A stretch of 44,044 nucleotides of DNA from a virus (lineage: Duplodnaviria; Heunggongvirae; Uroviricota; Caudoviricetes). The position numbers and the translations under genes are program-made. Positions 30,866 to 39,797 of the stretch are shown piece after piece (position 1 is the stretch's first letter; each line of letters opens with the position of its first letter). The stretch lies in IMG/VR virus record IMGVR_UViG_2718218453_000006. One strand, 5' to 3'. The notes under the pieces are model-generated. The model was given only the letters and a program-made list of their open reading frames with translations, was not told the origin of the DNA and searched no databases.

Positions 30866-31408
30866 TCACACTGATTGGTTAGGTAAAACGCTCCTAAGCA
30901 CCATTGCGCAACCACCTCGTTCGTAATCAGCAATGTACTCAAAACCACTTTCAGTATAGTATCTTATTGCCCCATCAACTGGACTAACTAAAGCTATCGA
31001 ATCAATAGATTCACCCTGAAGGTTCAGAAATCGTGCATATGCAGAGAAGCAATCCAAAACGATACCAAGCATCTGATGGTCTAGGTCTTCATGTGCATCA
31101 TTACGTTTTTCCATCCAGCAAATATGCACCGCATTTTTCGGCTTACAGTAACACCCAAATGCAAATCCAATAGGCTCCCCACGATAATAAACAACTAGTT
31201 TTATCGGGTGTTCTTCCATCATATCCATAAACACTCGCGACTTTAGTCCGGGATCCCACCGCAGTTTATTGTTAGCCTTGAGGAACTCCATATCTTTTAG
31301 TACCAGCTCGTCGGCATATACGAGCCCTAACGACTTATGAGGGAAGCGCCCTTTTAAATACTCTGCAACATTTTTAAATACTGCTGTTTGGAAGGCTTGA
31401 AACATCAT
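30866..31408 (-). CDS. hypothetical protein (180 aa), weak acetyltransferase-like C-terminal signature
   Basis: AT-rich ORF immediately downstream of the late terminator; C-terminal ...AIRYYTESGFEYI resembles a GNAT-type tail (low confidence). Confidence 0.45.
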   Translation of the reverse strand: MMFQAFQTAVFKNVAEYLKGRFPHKSLGLVYADELVLKDMEFLKANNKLRWDPGLKSRVFMDMMEEHPIKLVVYYRGEPIGFAFGCYCKPKNAVHICWMEKRNDAHEDLDHQMLGIVLDCFSAYARFLNLQGESIDSIALVSPVDGAIRYYTESGFEYIADYERGGCAMVLRSVLPNQSV

Positions 31409-31484
31409 GTCGATCCAGACGAGACGAAAGTTTAAATTCTACCTACTCGCCGAATACCATTTCAATGCCACACATCTAAAATTC

Positions 31485-31512
31485 CGAAAAAAAACCCGCA
31501 CATCAGCGGGTT
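31485..31512 (-). terminator. late-operon terminator (tR'-like) downstream of the late promoter
   Basis: Minus-strand hairpin CCCGCTGATGTGCGGG followed by T8. Confidence 0.65.
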
Positions 31513-31557
31513 TTCTACTTTTTATTAAAGCCGGACACACAATGCCTATCATTGAGA

Positions 31558-31590
31558 AAATATTATCCATTTTTTTTGAAAAATGCAAGC
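31558..31590 (-). promoter_or_regulatory. late promoter (pR'-like) immediately downstream of Q
   Basis: Minus-strand TTGCAT-17 bp-TAATAT about 50 nt upstream of the terminator hairpin. Confidence 0.55.
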
Positions 31591-31619
31591 ATCATGTCGC
31601 CATTTTCGTCGAAAATCAT

Positions 31620-32372
31620 TCATCTCGTCACTTTCCTCAATTGTGTCTCAGCATACGCTTCTTCCTGCCAGCACTTTGTAACCAGTTTATCAATGACATC
31701 TGCATATCCTTTGTACCACTGATAATCCGTCAGGTCTGGTACCAGCTTCTGGACATGAAGCCGCGCCAGTGTGGTTGGTAAACGGCTAAACCGGTTTCCA
31801 TTGCAACGCCCACAAACCTTATAAACAGGCGTGCCATGAAGCCTGGTTCTTTTTTCATCCAGGACAATACCTTTACCCTTACACCCTCTGCACGCTGTGC
31901 TGACTTCTCCCTTACCATGACAATGCTGACACAGTTCCTTCACCCACTCTTCCTTGATAACAGATTCCCCGCTTCTGGAGTGTTTCACCACCTCGCGCAA
32001 TACATCATGAAATCCAGTACCAGCACAATGCTCACAGCGAGCCTTACTTGCCGCAGACCTGGAATAATCAGCAAAGGCAAAATTCACAAGGTAAGGAATG
32101 ATCTGTAGCCGGGTTTCTTCACTCAATTTGTTCAATGTCGGGTTATCCAGTGCCATCGCGTAATTGAGCAGACCTTCAATCGCAAACTGAGGATCCTGAA
32201 CACCAACTTTTGCCAGGAATAAGGCAAACCCAAGCGGTGCTTTCGACTGCACCATCCCCTGCGCAGCCATTACATCTGTAATTGTTAAACCACCAGAGCC
32301 TGTCGCCGGTGCGTCATCGCTCAATTTTGGAGATTTTGGGGAGTAATATTTCGGTAAGGCTTCAAGGTTCAT
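31620..32372 (-). CDS. Q-like late antitermination protein (250 aa)
   Basis: Cys-rich zinc-binding motifs (CEHCAGTG, CQHCHGKG, CRGCKGKG, CGRCNG); position before the late promoter/terminator and lysis genes. Confidence 0.75.
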   Translation of the reverse strand: MNLEALPKYYSPKSPKLSDDAPATGSGGLTITDVMAAQGMVQSKAPLGFALFLAKVGVQDPQFAIEGLLNYAMALDNPTLNKLSEETRLQIIPYLVNFAFADYSRSAASKARCEHCAGTGFHDVLREVVKHSRSGESVIKEEWVKELCQHCHGKGEVSTACRGCKGKGIVLDEKRTRLHGTPVYKVCGRCNGNRFSRLPTTLARLHVQKLVPDLTDYQWYKGYADVIDKLVTKCWQEEAYAETQLRKVTR

Positions 32373-32385
32373 GCTCGTTCTCCAC

Positions 32386-33381
32386 TTACGCCAGTACGCC
32401 TATTGCCAGCGCACGATCGATAAAACGAAATATCAGCTCCAACTGGGAGCCATACTTCTCTTCAAATGCCACGGTATCCGCATGCAGCTCGTCGTGATGC
32501 TTTCTGCACAAAGGCAACACAAAGAGGTCATGCGCTTTTGTACCCATTCCTCCCTGACCGTGACCTATCAGGTGGTGGGGATCATCAGCAGGCTTTCCAC
32601 AACATGCACACGGCTGTGTCTTAACCCAGCGCGTGTACTTTTCATTAACCCAGCGGCGACGTTTTGGGCGTAACATAAAAGACTCCGGCGACTCAGGATC
32701 CACTTTCAGCGCCAGCACCTTTTTCGCTTTATCCTGGATGATGCTGGTGGCAGGAACCGAAGGCACAAGGTCACTTTCCCGGGTAACAGACGGCACAACA
32801 GGCTTCGGTAATCTAAGTGCCTTACGGGCTGCACTTTCCGGTAAGGCATCCGCCAGGTCATTACGAATCAGCCACCAGCACAGTTCCGGCATTGTCACAA
32901 CGTGACTGTCATCAAAACCGAGATCCCGACGCACAACAGACAACACCCAGCGGGCACAGTTATCCGTTGCCATTGATTCCAGCCGTTCCGTGAACTGATC
33001 GCGCAGCTGGTTATCGCAGTGCCAGCACAGACGGATTGCGCCCGGAGCGTGTCGCATTGTGGTCATGTTCTCGCTGTGCCAGTCGGAATGAGGCCACTGG
33101 CAGCCTTTTTCACGAAGTAACCAGCTTTCAAGACATTCCACGCCACCAGCACGACGGATCACTGCCTCATTGCGGAACACGGCCCGAACGGCAGGATCAT
33201 CCGCCAGCGGTTGTGATGCCGCCGGAACGGCACCACTGGCGAAAGATGAATAACGTTCCGGCTCAGGCTCCAGCAGGACACGCCCCTGCATAAACAGGGG
33301 CATCAGCTCTGAACCTGGCCTGAACAATACGATCCCCATACGCGGGGCAATTTCAGGAGTCAGTAGTGCTCTCACGGTCAC
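32386..33381 (-). CDS. DUF968-family protein (nin-region, putative nuclease)
   Basis: 331-aa ORF with C-terminal CxxC/HH motifs (QPCACCGKPADDPHHLIGHGQGG...CRKHHDELH); typical neighbour of Q. Confidence 0.65.
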   Translation of the reverse strand: MTVRALLTPEIAPRMGIVLFRPGSELMPLFMQGRVLLEPEPERYSSFASGAVPAASQPLADDPAVRAVFRNEAVIRRAGGVECLESWLLREKGCQWPHSDWHSENMTTMRHAPGAIRLCWHCDNQLRDQFTERLESMATDNCARWVLSVVRRDLGFDDSHVVTMPELCWWLIRNDLADALPESAARKALRLPKPVVPSVTRESDLVPSVPATSIIQDKAKKVLALKVDPESPESFMLRPKRRRWVNEKYTRWVKTQPCACCGKPADDPHHLIGHGQGGMGTKAHDLFVLPLCRKHHDELHADTVAFEEKYGSQLELIFRFIDRALAIGVLA

Positions 33382-33382
33382 C

Positions 33383-34213
33383 TCAATGAACGGTATCGAG
33401 CAGCTTTAACAGCTCAGGGAATCGGGATTCGAAGAAATGCGGCTGCGTCTCGCGCGGATTTGCGGGACTGGTGATGTTCTTGCCGAACATGCAGCCTTTC
33501 GCTGTCAGCGACCAGAATTTTTTGATGTTGTTAATCGCGGTACGGCTGTATCGTTCGCGTTGTTCAACGATCCCCAGCTTCGCCATCTGGTGATATGCCT
33601 GATTAGCCGTCAGGCGGATACCATACTGCTTCAGCAGTGCACTCAGCGACAGCGTCGGGCGGCTTGAGCCATCAGGCGCGTCAGCAGGTGCATCAATGGC
33701 ATAGCGCGGTGCCAGATTCGGTAAGCCAACAGCCTCCTGGAGTTTCTGACAGGCACCAAGCACTGAAGAGTTAGACAGATTTAATTCCCGGCGCATAAAG
33801 TCCAGCAGAATCACACCAGCCTGCATCTTGTCAGCAGCCTGTCCGGATAATTTTTCCGGTGCGCTGGTTACCATGTCGAAAGTACGGATCACCTTAAGAT
33901 GGAATGACGGGCTTATCCACATTGCATAGGCATACACCAGTTCTTTGCAGACATACGTCCCCTGGTTATTTCCGCCACGAATAACGTTAACTGGCTCTAT
34001 ATTGACCGAGTTGCAAATCTGCAACTCGCTTATTAAACGTTCAGTTTGCTCATTGCGGAGCCAGAATGCAGGCTTATGCTTATCCAGAGAACCGGCAGCC
34101 CTGTGAAGATCGTTCAGGCTGTAACGACCATAAGCATCACGACGAACTTCAATACCATCAATGACCATCAGATTATTCATACTTCGTTTCTCCTCTTGAT
34201 CAGGCGGCTGCAC
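33383..34213 (-). CDS. KilA-N domain protein (antirepressor-like)
   Basis: N-terminal KilA-N signature (GIEVRRDAYGRYSLNDLHRAAG...VNVIRGGNNQGTYVCKELVYAYAMWISPSFHLKV). Confidence 0.8.
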   Translation of the reverse strand: MQPPDQEEKRSMNNLMVIDGIEVRRDAYGRYSLNDLHRAAGSLDKHKPAFWLRNEQTERLISELQICNSVNIEPVNVIRGGNNQGTYVCKELVYAYAMWISPSFHLKVIRTFDMVTSAPEKLSGQAADKMQAGVILLDFMRRELNLSNSSVLGACQKLQEAVGLPNLAPRYAIDAPADAPDGSSRPTLSLSALLKQYGIRLTANQAYHQMAKLGIVEQRERYSRTAINNIKKFWSLTAKGCMFGKNITSPANPRETQPHFFESRFPELLKLLDTVH

Positions 34214-34589
34214 CCGCCGTTTTCTCGTACTTACTGATAGTGATCTCGACCTTCCCTTCCGGGATAACCGGTCCCCACTCCACCAGCATTCTTTTCACCT
34301 GACTGTCGTCTTCCCACACCCCCGCGTGGGTCAGGGCGTCAAACAGCGCCTTGTTATAGTTGTCCAGATCGCGGATCCGGTTATCCGGTGGAAACAACAC
34401 GATCTCCACTGCAGCAGGTGCCGACGTTGGTTTCGGCAGACGACGTAACTGCTCAACTATTGCTGCGCACGCCGCGCTCTGGAATTTTCGCCCCGCCGCG
34501 CTTATCAGGCTCTTACCAGCAAACGCCCCTTTGTTGGGGTGTCGCCAGTACGTGTTCACGCTGGGCGGAAAAGGCAGAATCAGCTTCAT
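34200..34589 (-). CDS. rusA: RusA-family Holliday junction resolvase
   Basis: 129-aa ORF with RusA signature (MKLILPFPPSVNTYWRH...RDLDNYNKALFDALTHAGVWEDDSQV). Confidence 0.85.
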   Translation of the reverse strand: MKLILPFPPSVNTYWRHPNKGAFAGKSLISAAGRKFQSAACAAIVEQLRRLPKPTSAPAAVEIVLFPPDNRIRDLDNYNKALFDALTHAGVWEDDSQVKRMLVEWGPVIPEGKVEITISKYEKTAGAAA

Positions 34590-34912
34590 ACTTTCAGGCC
34601 CCTCTCATGTAACCAGTGGGCTGCACGCAGCCTGGCGTTTTCCTCACCGGCAAGCAGTGAGCGGATAATCCCGACCGCCTCGCTGTCGTCGTCCTTCACC
34701 GCGGTATGAAGCGTTATCCCCCGGGCCACGCCACGCTTTATCGTGATGACGCCTTTTTTCTCCAGCACACGAAGATGCTCCACCGCTGCATTCACCGAAC
34801 GGTATCCCAGCATGGTTGCCACCTCCTGATTGGTTGGCGGGAAACCACGTTCTTTCTGATAAGAAATCAGCATATCCAGCACCTGCTGCTGGCATTGAGT
34901 TAACGTCGTCAT
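34586..34912 (-). CDS. LexA-like N-terminal winged-helix DNA-binding protein (no peptidase domain)
   Basis: LTQCQQQVLDMLISYQKERGFPPTNQEVATMLGYRSVNAAVEHLRVLEKKGVI resembles the LexA DNA-binding domain; 108 aa. Confidence 0.55.
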   Translation of the reverse strand: MTTLTQCQQQVLDMLISYQKERGFPPTNQEVATMLGYRSVNAAVEHLRVLEKKGVITIKRGVARGITLHTAVKDDDSEAVGIIRSLLAGEENARLRAAHWLHERGLKV

Positions 34913-35595
34913 GCCGCCATCTCCCTGACCAGTTTTTCCGCCTGCTGACGAACCTGCTCCAGAAACGCCTCACCACATGCCTCAAGTTCATCGCGCCCGA
35001 TGTAGCTGATTGCCGGTCCCTTCCAGGTCTTGTCGAAAACAGCAATAGCACCAGCGAAGAAAGCGCCTGTCGGCACCTGCTTCTCATCCTTCGGGATAAA
35101 CCAGGCAGGCAGTTCAAAACCAATACGCCCGCGAATAAAAGCAATATGATCTGCATCTTCCGGCCACCACACTTCGCTGGTGGCAGCTTTGATCAGGAAA
35201 ACATAGCGCCCGCCCTTATCACGCATGGCACTGGCATGTTTCATGATGTAACGCATGCCGGTGATGTATTGCCCCTCATGCTGACTGGCGCGGCTGTATG
35301 GGGGATTACCAAAGGCAGCACCTTTAAGCTCCGCAAGACGTTCTGACCAGTCATGCGCCAGCGCGTTGTCTTCCGCCGTGTAATACGCGGCACATTTGGC
35401 GTTATCACCGTCAGTAAAAAGATCCAGAACAAACGGGCCAAACAGAGTGTTAATTCCCCAGAAAATGTTATCCGGCGTGCGCCACTGATCGCCCACTTCC
35501 TTCAGTTCATGGGCTGGTTTGTTCCGTAGTTCCACCAGCGCCTGGCAATATTTATTACTCATTAAGCCCCCACGTAATTCCCTGACAGATACCAC
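34909..35595 (-). CDS. phage-type N6-adenine DNA methyltransferase (orphan, Dam-like)
   Basis: Catalytic NPPY motif (FGNPPYS) and upstream WRTP...LD motif; no adjacent restriction endonuclease. Confidence 0.8.
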   Translation of the reverse strand: MVSVRELRGGLMSNKYCQALVELRNKPAHELKEVGDQWRTPDNIFWGINTLFGPFVLDLFTDGDNAKCAAYYTAEDNALAHDWSERLAELKGAAFGNPPYSRASQHEGQYITGMRYIMKHASAMRDKGGRYVFLIKAATSEVWWPEDADHIAFIRGRIGFELPAWFIPKDEKQVPTGAFFAGAIAVFDKTWKGPAISYIGRDELEACGEAFLEQVRQQAEKLVREMAA

Positions 35596-36056
35596 TCATC
35601 ACTCGATACAGCGCGCTTGCTGCTTTTCCGTAAACACTGCTCACGACGCGCCAGAAAATTGTTTCGTTCTGGCTGGGAGTGGCTTTCACGGAATGCCGCC
35701 ATCCACACCGTTGCAGCACGACGGTATAAGCCCCTGGACTCCAGTTCTTCCGCCTGGCGGGTCAGGCACAAAATCACCCGGGGATCGTTAGTGCCGACAT
35801 AGAAATTGCGCACAGGTCTGGTTTCACGAACTGGTTGTGGTTCCGGCTCCTGCGCTCTCTCAGTCAGGCGCGGGAAATGTCTGCGTGTATCTCCTTCACA
35901 ACGGTGAGCCACACGCCCACTCTGACGTAACTTGCTTGCAGACTGCAGAACGCGCTGCCGTGAGTAACCTGCAAAAGCATCCGCAATGTCTCCGGAAGTA
36001 CACCCCGGATGGGCTTCAATGAATTTCTGAACGTCATTTAACAGACTCATGATCAC
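35562..36056 (-). CDS. hypothetical protein, possible PerC-like regulator C-terminus
   Basis: C-terminal GLYRRAATVWMAAF...RREQCL resembles the PerC family motif (low confidence). Confidence 0.4.
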   Translation of the reverse strand: MIMSLLNDVQKFIEAHPGCTSGDIADAFAGYSRQRVLQSASKLRQSGRVAHRCEGDTRRHFPRLTERAQEPEPQPVRETRPVRNFYVGTNDPRVILCLTRQAEELESRGLYRRAATVWMAAFRESHSQPERNNFLARREQCLRKSSKRAVSSDEWYLSGNYVGA

Positions 36057-36994
36057 CCCCTGAATCCTGCCGGGATCTGGCTGTAGTCCACGTTGTCGTA
36101 ACTGGATTTGAAGTACGGGTCTTCGCGTTTTTCGGTGTACGTGCTGACGGACGGTGATAAGCGCAGGGAAAGCTCATCCCATTTTTCCCGCAACTTCGAC
36201 GGGCTGAGCACGTTACGGCACCAGAACGGATCGCGGCTGACGCGGCTGTACATCTCGCAGATTTGTTTGTGAGTACGACCATCCTGCACACACATCAGGC
36301 GAATTTCGTTTGCCCAGGCTGTCCAGTTCGGTTCTTTGGGACGAACCACCTCGCCGTCACATTCGGCGGCTTGCTCGTACAGGGCGATGATTTTTTTCCA
36401 GAGCCACTGTGCGCAGGTCAAATCATCCTGCGTTCCCCACTGGCGCTTTTTAGGGCTGAATACAACCGCATCAGGATGGCGAGTTAAAAAATCCTGTTCA
36501 TCCGTCTGCGTGTCCGGTTGCGAAGCGTCCGGACGAGAAGGTTTTTTATCTGACGGATCATGTTTTGATTTTACTGACGGATCCCCGCCAGATTCTGACG
36601 GGTGAAAACCCGCTTTTTTGCCAGATTTCGACGCATCAAATTTTGACGGGTCAGATTTTGATGCGTCAGATTTTGACGGGTCAGAATCTGACAGTTGAGA
36701 AAATGCCGCTGCCTGAAGCTTCGCAACGTTAAGCTGATAAACATTCGACGCATTGCGGTTACCCTGGCGACGCGCCTTACGCGTTAACCAGCCTTCTGCT
36801 TCCAGCCGTGCGATAGCCGTCCTGACGGTACTCATCCCCGCGCCAATCTGACGGGCAATAGTTTCAATTGATGGCCAGCACACACCTTCGTCATTACTGA
36901 AATCAGCCAGGCGGGCCATAATTGCCACGCTGGATAATTTCATGCCTGATGCAGCGCAACCATCCCATACATAGCCGGTTAATTTAGTGCTCAT
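36053..36994 (-). CDS. O-like replication initiator (N-terminal wHTH, repetitive linker, C-terminal domain)
   Basis: N-terminal HTH (SIETIARQIGAGMSTVRTAIARLEAEGWL); central SDPSK-type peptide repeats encoded by DNA iterons. Confidence 0.65.
   Translation of the reverse strand: MSTKLTGYVWDGCAASGMKLSSVAIMARLADFSNDEGVCWPSIETIARQIGAGMSTVRTAIARLEAEGWLTRKARRQGNRNASNVYQLNVAKLQAAAFSQLSDSDPSKSDASKSDPSKFDASKSGKKAGFHPSESGGDPSVKSKHDPSDKKPSRPDASQPDTQTDEQDFLTRHPDAVVFSPKKRQWGTQDDLTCAQWLWKKIIALYEQAAECDGEVVRPKEPNWTAWANEIRLMCVQDGRTHKQICEMYSRVSRDPFWCRNVLSPSKLREKWDELSLRLSPSVSTYTEKREDPYFKSSYDNVDYSQIPAGFRG
36548..36694. repeat. iteron array (about 8 copies of a 15-bp motif TYTGACGGRTCA) inside the initiator gene; candidate replication origin
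   Basis: Tandem repeats attttgacgggtcag / attttgatgcgtcag / atctgacggatca at roughly 15-bp spacing. Confidence 0.55.
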
Positions 36995-37003
36995 GACCGA
37001 CCT

Positions 37004-37342
37004 CTATTTCCCTGAATTTACGACGAAACTGTTCGAGCGGGCTGAAGCACTCATGCTCATAGCCTTCGCGGAGGTAGATAACTCGTTGTGTTTCCGGCTC
37101 CCAACGAATGACTCTGACGGGCACTCCGTAGTGATCTTTGAACCAGCGGTTAACTTGTCGCAAAGGACTGTCTCCTTCTGCCGGTTGAAATCACCCACAG
37201 CCCACTCAGCAAAGCTGTGGGTTACAATTTCCCTGTCACCTGGTACATTAACTGCATAGCAATACTCCACCTTCGCTTTTCCACCCGGTACAGGAAGCGC
37301 AATCAGTTGCGAGCGACGGTAGTGTGTTGTTAAACTGTTCAT
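37004..37342 (-). CDS. hypothetical protein (112 aa) between the cro-side genes and the initiator
   Basis: ORF only; no motif recognised. Confidence 0.35.
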   Translation of the reverse strand: MNSLTTHYRRSQLIALPVPGGKAKVEYCYAVNVPGDREIVTHSFAEWAVGDFNRQKETVLCDKLTAGSKITTECPSESFVGSRKHNELSTSAKAMSMSASARSNSFVVNSGK

Positions 37343-37935
37343 GCGTTAGTTTCTCCACAGTCACGACACGCCACGGCGCCCGGAGCTGCACACTCGCGGG
37401 CGTCATTACTTTCTGAAATGCAAAAGATTTTGTAGACCAGTGCTGCATGCTCCTGCAGCTTCGAAATTGAGAGATACAGCTCGTCGTTAATTGCTGTCTT
37501 CTCATGCGGTTCCACCACACCGTCTTCGATTGCCGAACGAATCTGTCTGGAATAACTGCCAATCTGTTCAATGACTTCCAGCAGGCGCTGGTTAATATCG
37601 GCGTTGTCCACATCCTCGACGTCAGGAAGAGACACAAAGACGCCATTTGCAGACTGCGCCACAGCGTCAGCAATGAAGTGAGTTCCACCAGCACGTTGCA
37701 AAATCATTGCCCATCCCAGCGGGAAAATCTGATCGCCATCGGCACGAAGGCGGTTAAATAATGCGTTTTCTGTTACATCCAGCCAGTCAGCTGCTTCAGC
37801 GTAACCACCCGGCAACGCTGCGATAGTTTTTCTGACAGCTTTCACGTACCACTCAGGCTGTTTTTCTACTTTCCAGTGATGCTTACCCACGGTTAGCCTC
37901 ATCGTTCTGTGGTTTCTGTTAATCGATTTATCCAT
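37339..37935 (-). CDS. YdaT-like / CII-position early regulatory protein (start uncertain)
   Basis: ORF immediately downstream of the Cro-like gene, as in ydaS-ydaT pairs of lambdoid prophages. Confidence 0.4.
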   Translation of the reverse strand: MDKSINRNHRTMRLTVGKHHWKVEKQPEWYVKAVRKTIAALPGGYAEAADWLDVTENALFNRLRADGDQIFPLGWAMILQRAGGTHFIADAVAQSANGVFVSLPDVEDVDNADINQRLLEVIEQIGSYSRQIRSAIEDGVVEPHEKTAINDELYLSISKLQEHAALVYKIFCISESNDARECAAPGAVACRDCGETNA

Positions 37936-38128
37936 TAGATTTTTCATAAAGCTCAGGTTTAAATGGCAACCGTCCGCAAGTTCTATATGCAGCTTCTGCT
38001 GCACGTCCTTTTGGAATTAACTGGCCCGGACGGTTTCGCCACTGATAAACGGCTTCAGTTGTTATGCCGAAAAAAGCAGCAACTTTCTCAATACTGCCGA
38101 AGTAGCTTTCGATATCGTCAGTTGTCAT
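37928..38128 (-). CDS. Cro-like / YdaS-family HTH regulator
   Basis: 66-aa HTH protein (VAAFFGITTEAVYQWRNR) transcribed divergently from the cI-like repressor. Confidence 0.7.
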   Translation of the reverse strand: MTTDDIESYFGSIEKVAAFFGITTEAVYQWRNRPGQLIPKGRAAEAAYRTCGRLPFKPELYEKSNG

Positions 38129-38225
38129 ACGCCCTCCAAACTAAGTTTTATTAGATGCTAATTACAAATCTATCTTTGGTCAATAAAAACTAAGATTACT
38201 TAGCAATTCAAGAAATGGTGCTCCT
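38129..38225. promoter_or_regulatory. immunity-region operator/promoter (OR-like) between cro-like and cI-like genes
   Basis: Inverted-repeat sites CTAAGTTTTATTAG (38141-38154) and CTAAGATTACTTAG (38190-38203) in a 97-bp divergent intergenic region. Confidence 0.5.
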
Positions 38226-38852
38226 ATGGAAACGGTTGGTCAGCGTATAAAAGCTCTGAGAAGAGTTACCGGAACGTCCCAGAAAGAATTGGGTAAATTT
38301 TGTGGAGTAAGCGACGTTGCTGTGGGGTACTGGGAGAAAGACATCAATACCCCTGGTGGGGAGGCACTTTCGAAATTAGCGAAGTTCTTCAATACGTCAA
38401 TAGATTACATTCTTTATGGTGCTGAGTTTGAAGGCAAACTCGTCACAAACATGCGCAGAGTTCCTGTAATATCGTGGGTTCAGGCTGGGCAGTTTACTGA
38501 GTGCAGGGCAGCAGAAGTGTTTAGTGAAGTGGACAAGTGGGTAGATACATCATTAAAGATTGGTGATAACTCATTTGCATTAGAGGTTAAAGGTGACTCC
38601 ATGACTAACCCTAATGGCCTCCCAACAATACCAGAAGGCGCAACAGTGATTGTAGATCCAGATGCAGAACCTCGTCATGGAAAAATAGTCATCGCTCGAC
38701 TTGATGGAACAAACGAAGCTACAGTAAAAAAATTAGTCATCGATGGCCCTCAAAAGTTTTTAGTGCCATTAAATCCTCGGTATCCCAACATCCCTATCAA
38801 TGGTAATTGCCTTATCATTGGTGTAGTCAAAGGAGTTCAATACGAACTCTAA
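38226..38852 (+). CDS. CI-like repressor (XRE HTH + S24 LexA-like peptidase domain)
   Basis: N-terminal HTH (QKELGKFCGVSDVAVGYWEKD); C-terminal S24 domain with the Ser (GDSM) and Lys (KKLV) catalytic dyad. Confidence 0.9.
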   Translation: METVGQRIKALRRVTGTSQKELGKFCGVSDVAVGYWEKDINTPGGEALSKLAKFFNTSIDYILYGAEFEGKLVTNMRRVPVISWVQAGQFTECRAAEVFSEVDKWVDTSLKIGDNSFALEVKGDSMTNPNGLPTIPEGATVIVDPDAEPRHGKIVIARLDGTNEATVKKLVIDGPQKFLVPLNPRYPNIPINGNCLIIGVVKGVQYEL

Positions 38853-39016
38853 GACCTCTCTTCTCTAACTAAGGCACCGAACTAAGAAAAGTTTGGTGTT
38901 TTCTCTTGCCATAATAACTAAGTTAAGTTAGATTTTATATCAAAGATAACGAACAGGCAGGACGCCCACGAAGTAGCCGCCTGGGGCATATGAAGTCCAG
39001 GATGATTCGTTGAGTC

Positions 39017-39334
39017 ATGTTGTGCCACCAGGCACTCATGTTAAAGCAGGTGTATGAAATGAAAGTCCAGATTTTAAACAATAACTGTGAAGTCGTTTGG
39101 TCATACGACATAGCCGCCCCTGTAGATCAGAGCGGCGATAGCTGGACCAATGGGAAACATCAGATTATGGCTGGAGTTGTGTTCTCTTTACGCCGTGCTT
39201 TGGAACAGGCTGAAGTATTTCCATCAGACCCTGAATGGAAATGGCCTTTTTCTATTTGTCCAAATTCGGAGAGCACATTTCAGAAAATTGGTCAGAAAGT
39301 CGCACTCGAAGAGCATCAGCCAACTGTTTCCTGA
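39017..39334 (+). CDS. hypothetical protein downstream of cI (rex/N position); uncertain, overlaps a convergent ORF
   Basis: ORF only; weak RBS; preceded by operator-like CTAAG repeats and a possible pL-like promoter (TTGCCA-17-TAGATT near 38906-38934). Confidence 0.3.
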   Translation: MLCHQALMLKQVYEMKVQILNNNCEVVWSYDIAAPVDQSGDSWTNGKHQIMAGVVFSLRRALEQAEVFPSDPEWKWPFSICPNSESTFQKIGQKVALEEHQPTVS

Positions 39335-39497
39335 TTTTTTCAGGTAACTCGTCGGCATCGCAGAAACAACAACGCTCGATCATGTTGAAAGCCGATTCGT
39401 AGAACTGTTTCTGCTGAGTGTCGCTGAGACAGGAAAAGAGCGACGTTACGATGATTTTATTAATTGCATTATCAAGTTCTTTTTCATCAAAAGTCAT
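39252..39497 (-). CDS. hypothetical protein (81 aa)
   Basis: Good RBS (AAGGA 8 nt upstream of ATG); no motif recognised. Confidence 0.4.
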   Translation of the reverse strand: MTFDEKELDNAINKIIVTSLFSCLSDTQQKQFYESAFNMIERCCFCDADELPEKIRKQLADALRVRLSDQFSEMCSPNLDK

Positions 39498-39752
39498 TTG
39501 ATTTTCCTTTTATGTATACGCGCTTAAAAGGATACCACCGAGCCTGAAGTGGTGAAAAGACAGGCACATAACAGCTAAGTATTTTCAACCAGAGAGAATC
39601 CTTAGCGTTGTGGTGAATGCGGCTCAGCGCACGCGGGTTAAGGTTGAGGCTGACAGTCGACCTTCTGTGGATACCCACCCGCCTGGTGTGCAACCTTCGC
39701 CAGGCACCGGGAGGCTCCCGGCACCACAACTTTATGCTGTGTGTAGTCTTGG

Positions 39753-39797
39753 CGGTACCAGCTTGTACCCTTGCTTCCGGCTGGTACCGTCCTTTTT
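39753..39797 (+). terminator. strong intrinsic terminator within a GC-rich structured non-coding stretch
   Basis: Perfect 10-bp stem CGGTACCAGC/GCTGGTACCG with 17-nt loop followed by TCCTTTTTAC. Confidence 0.5.
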
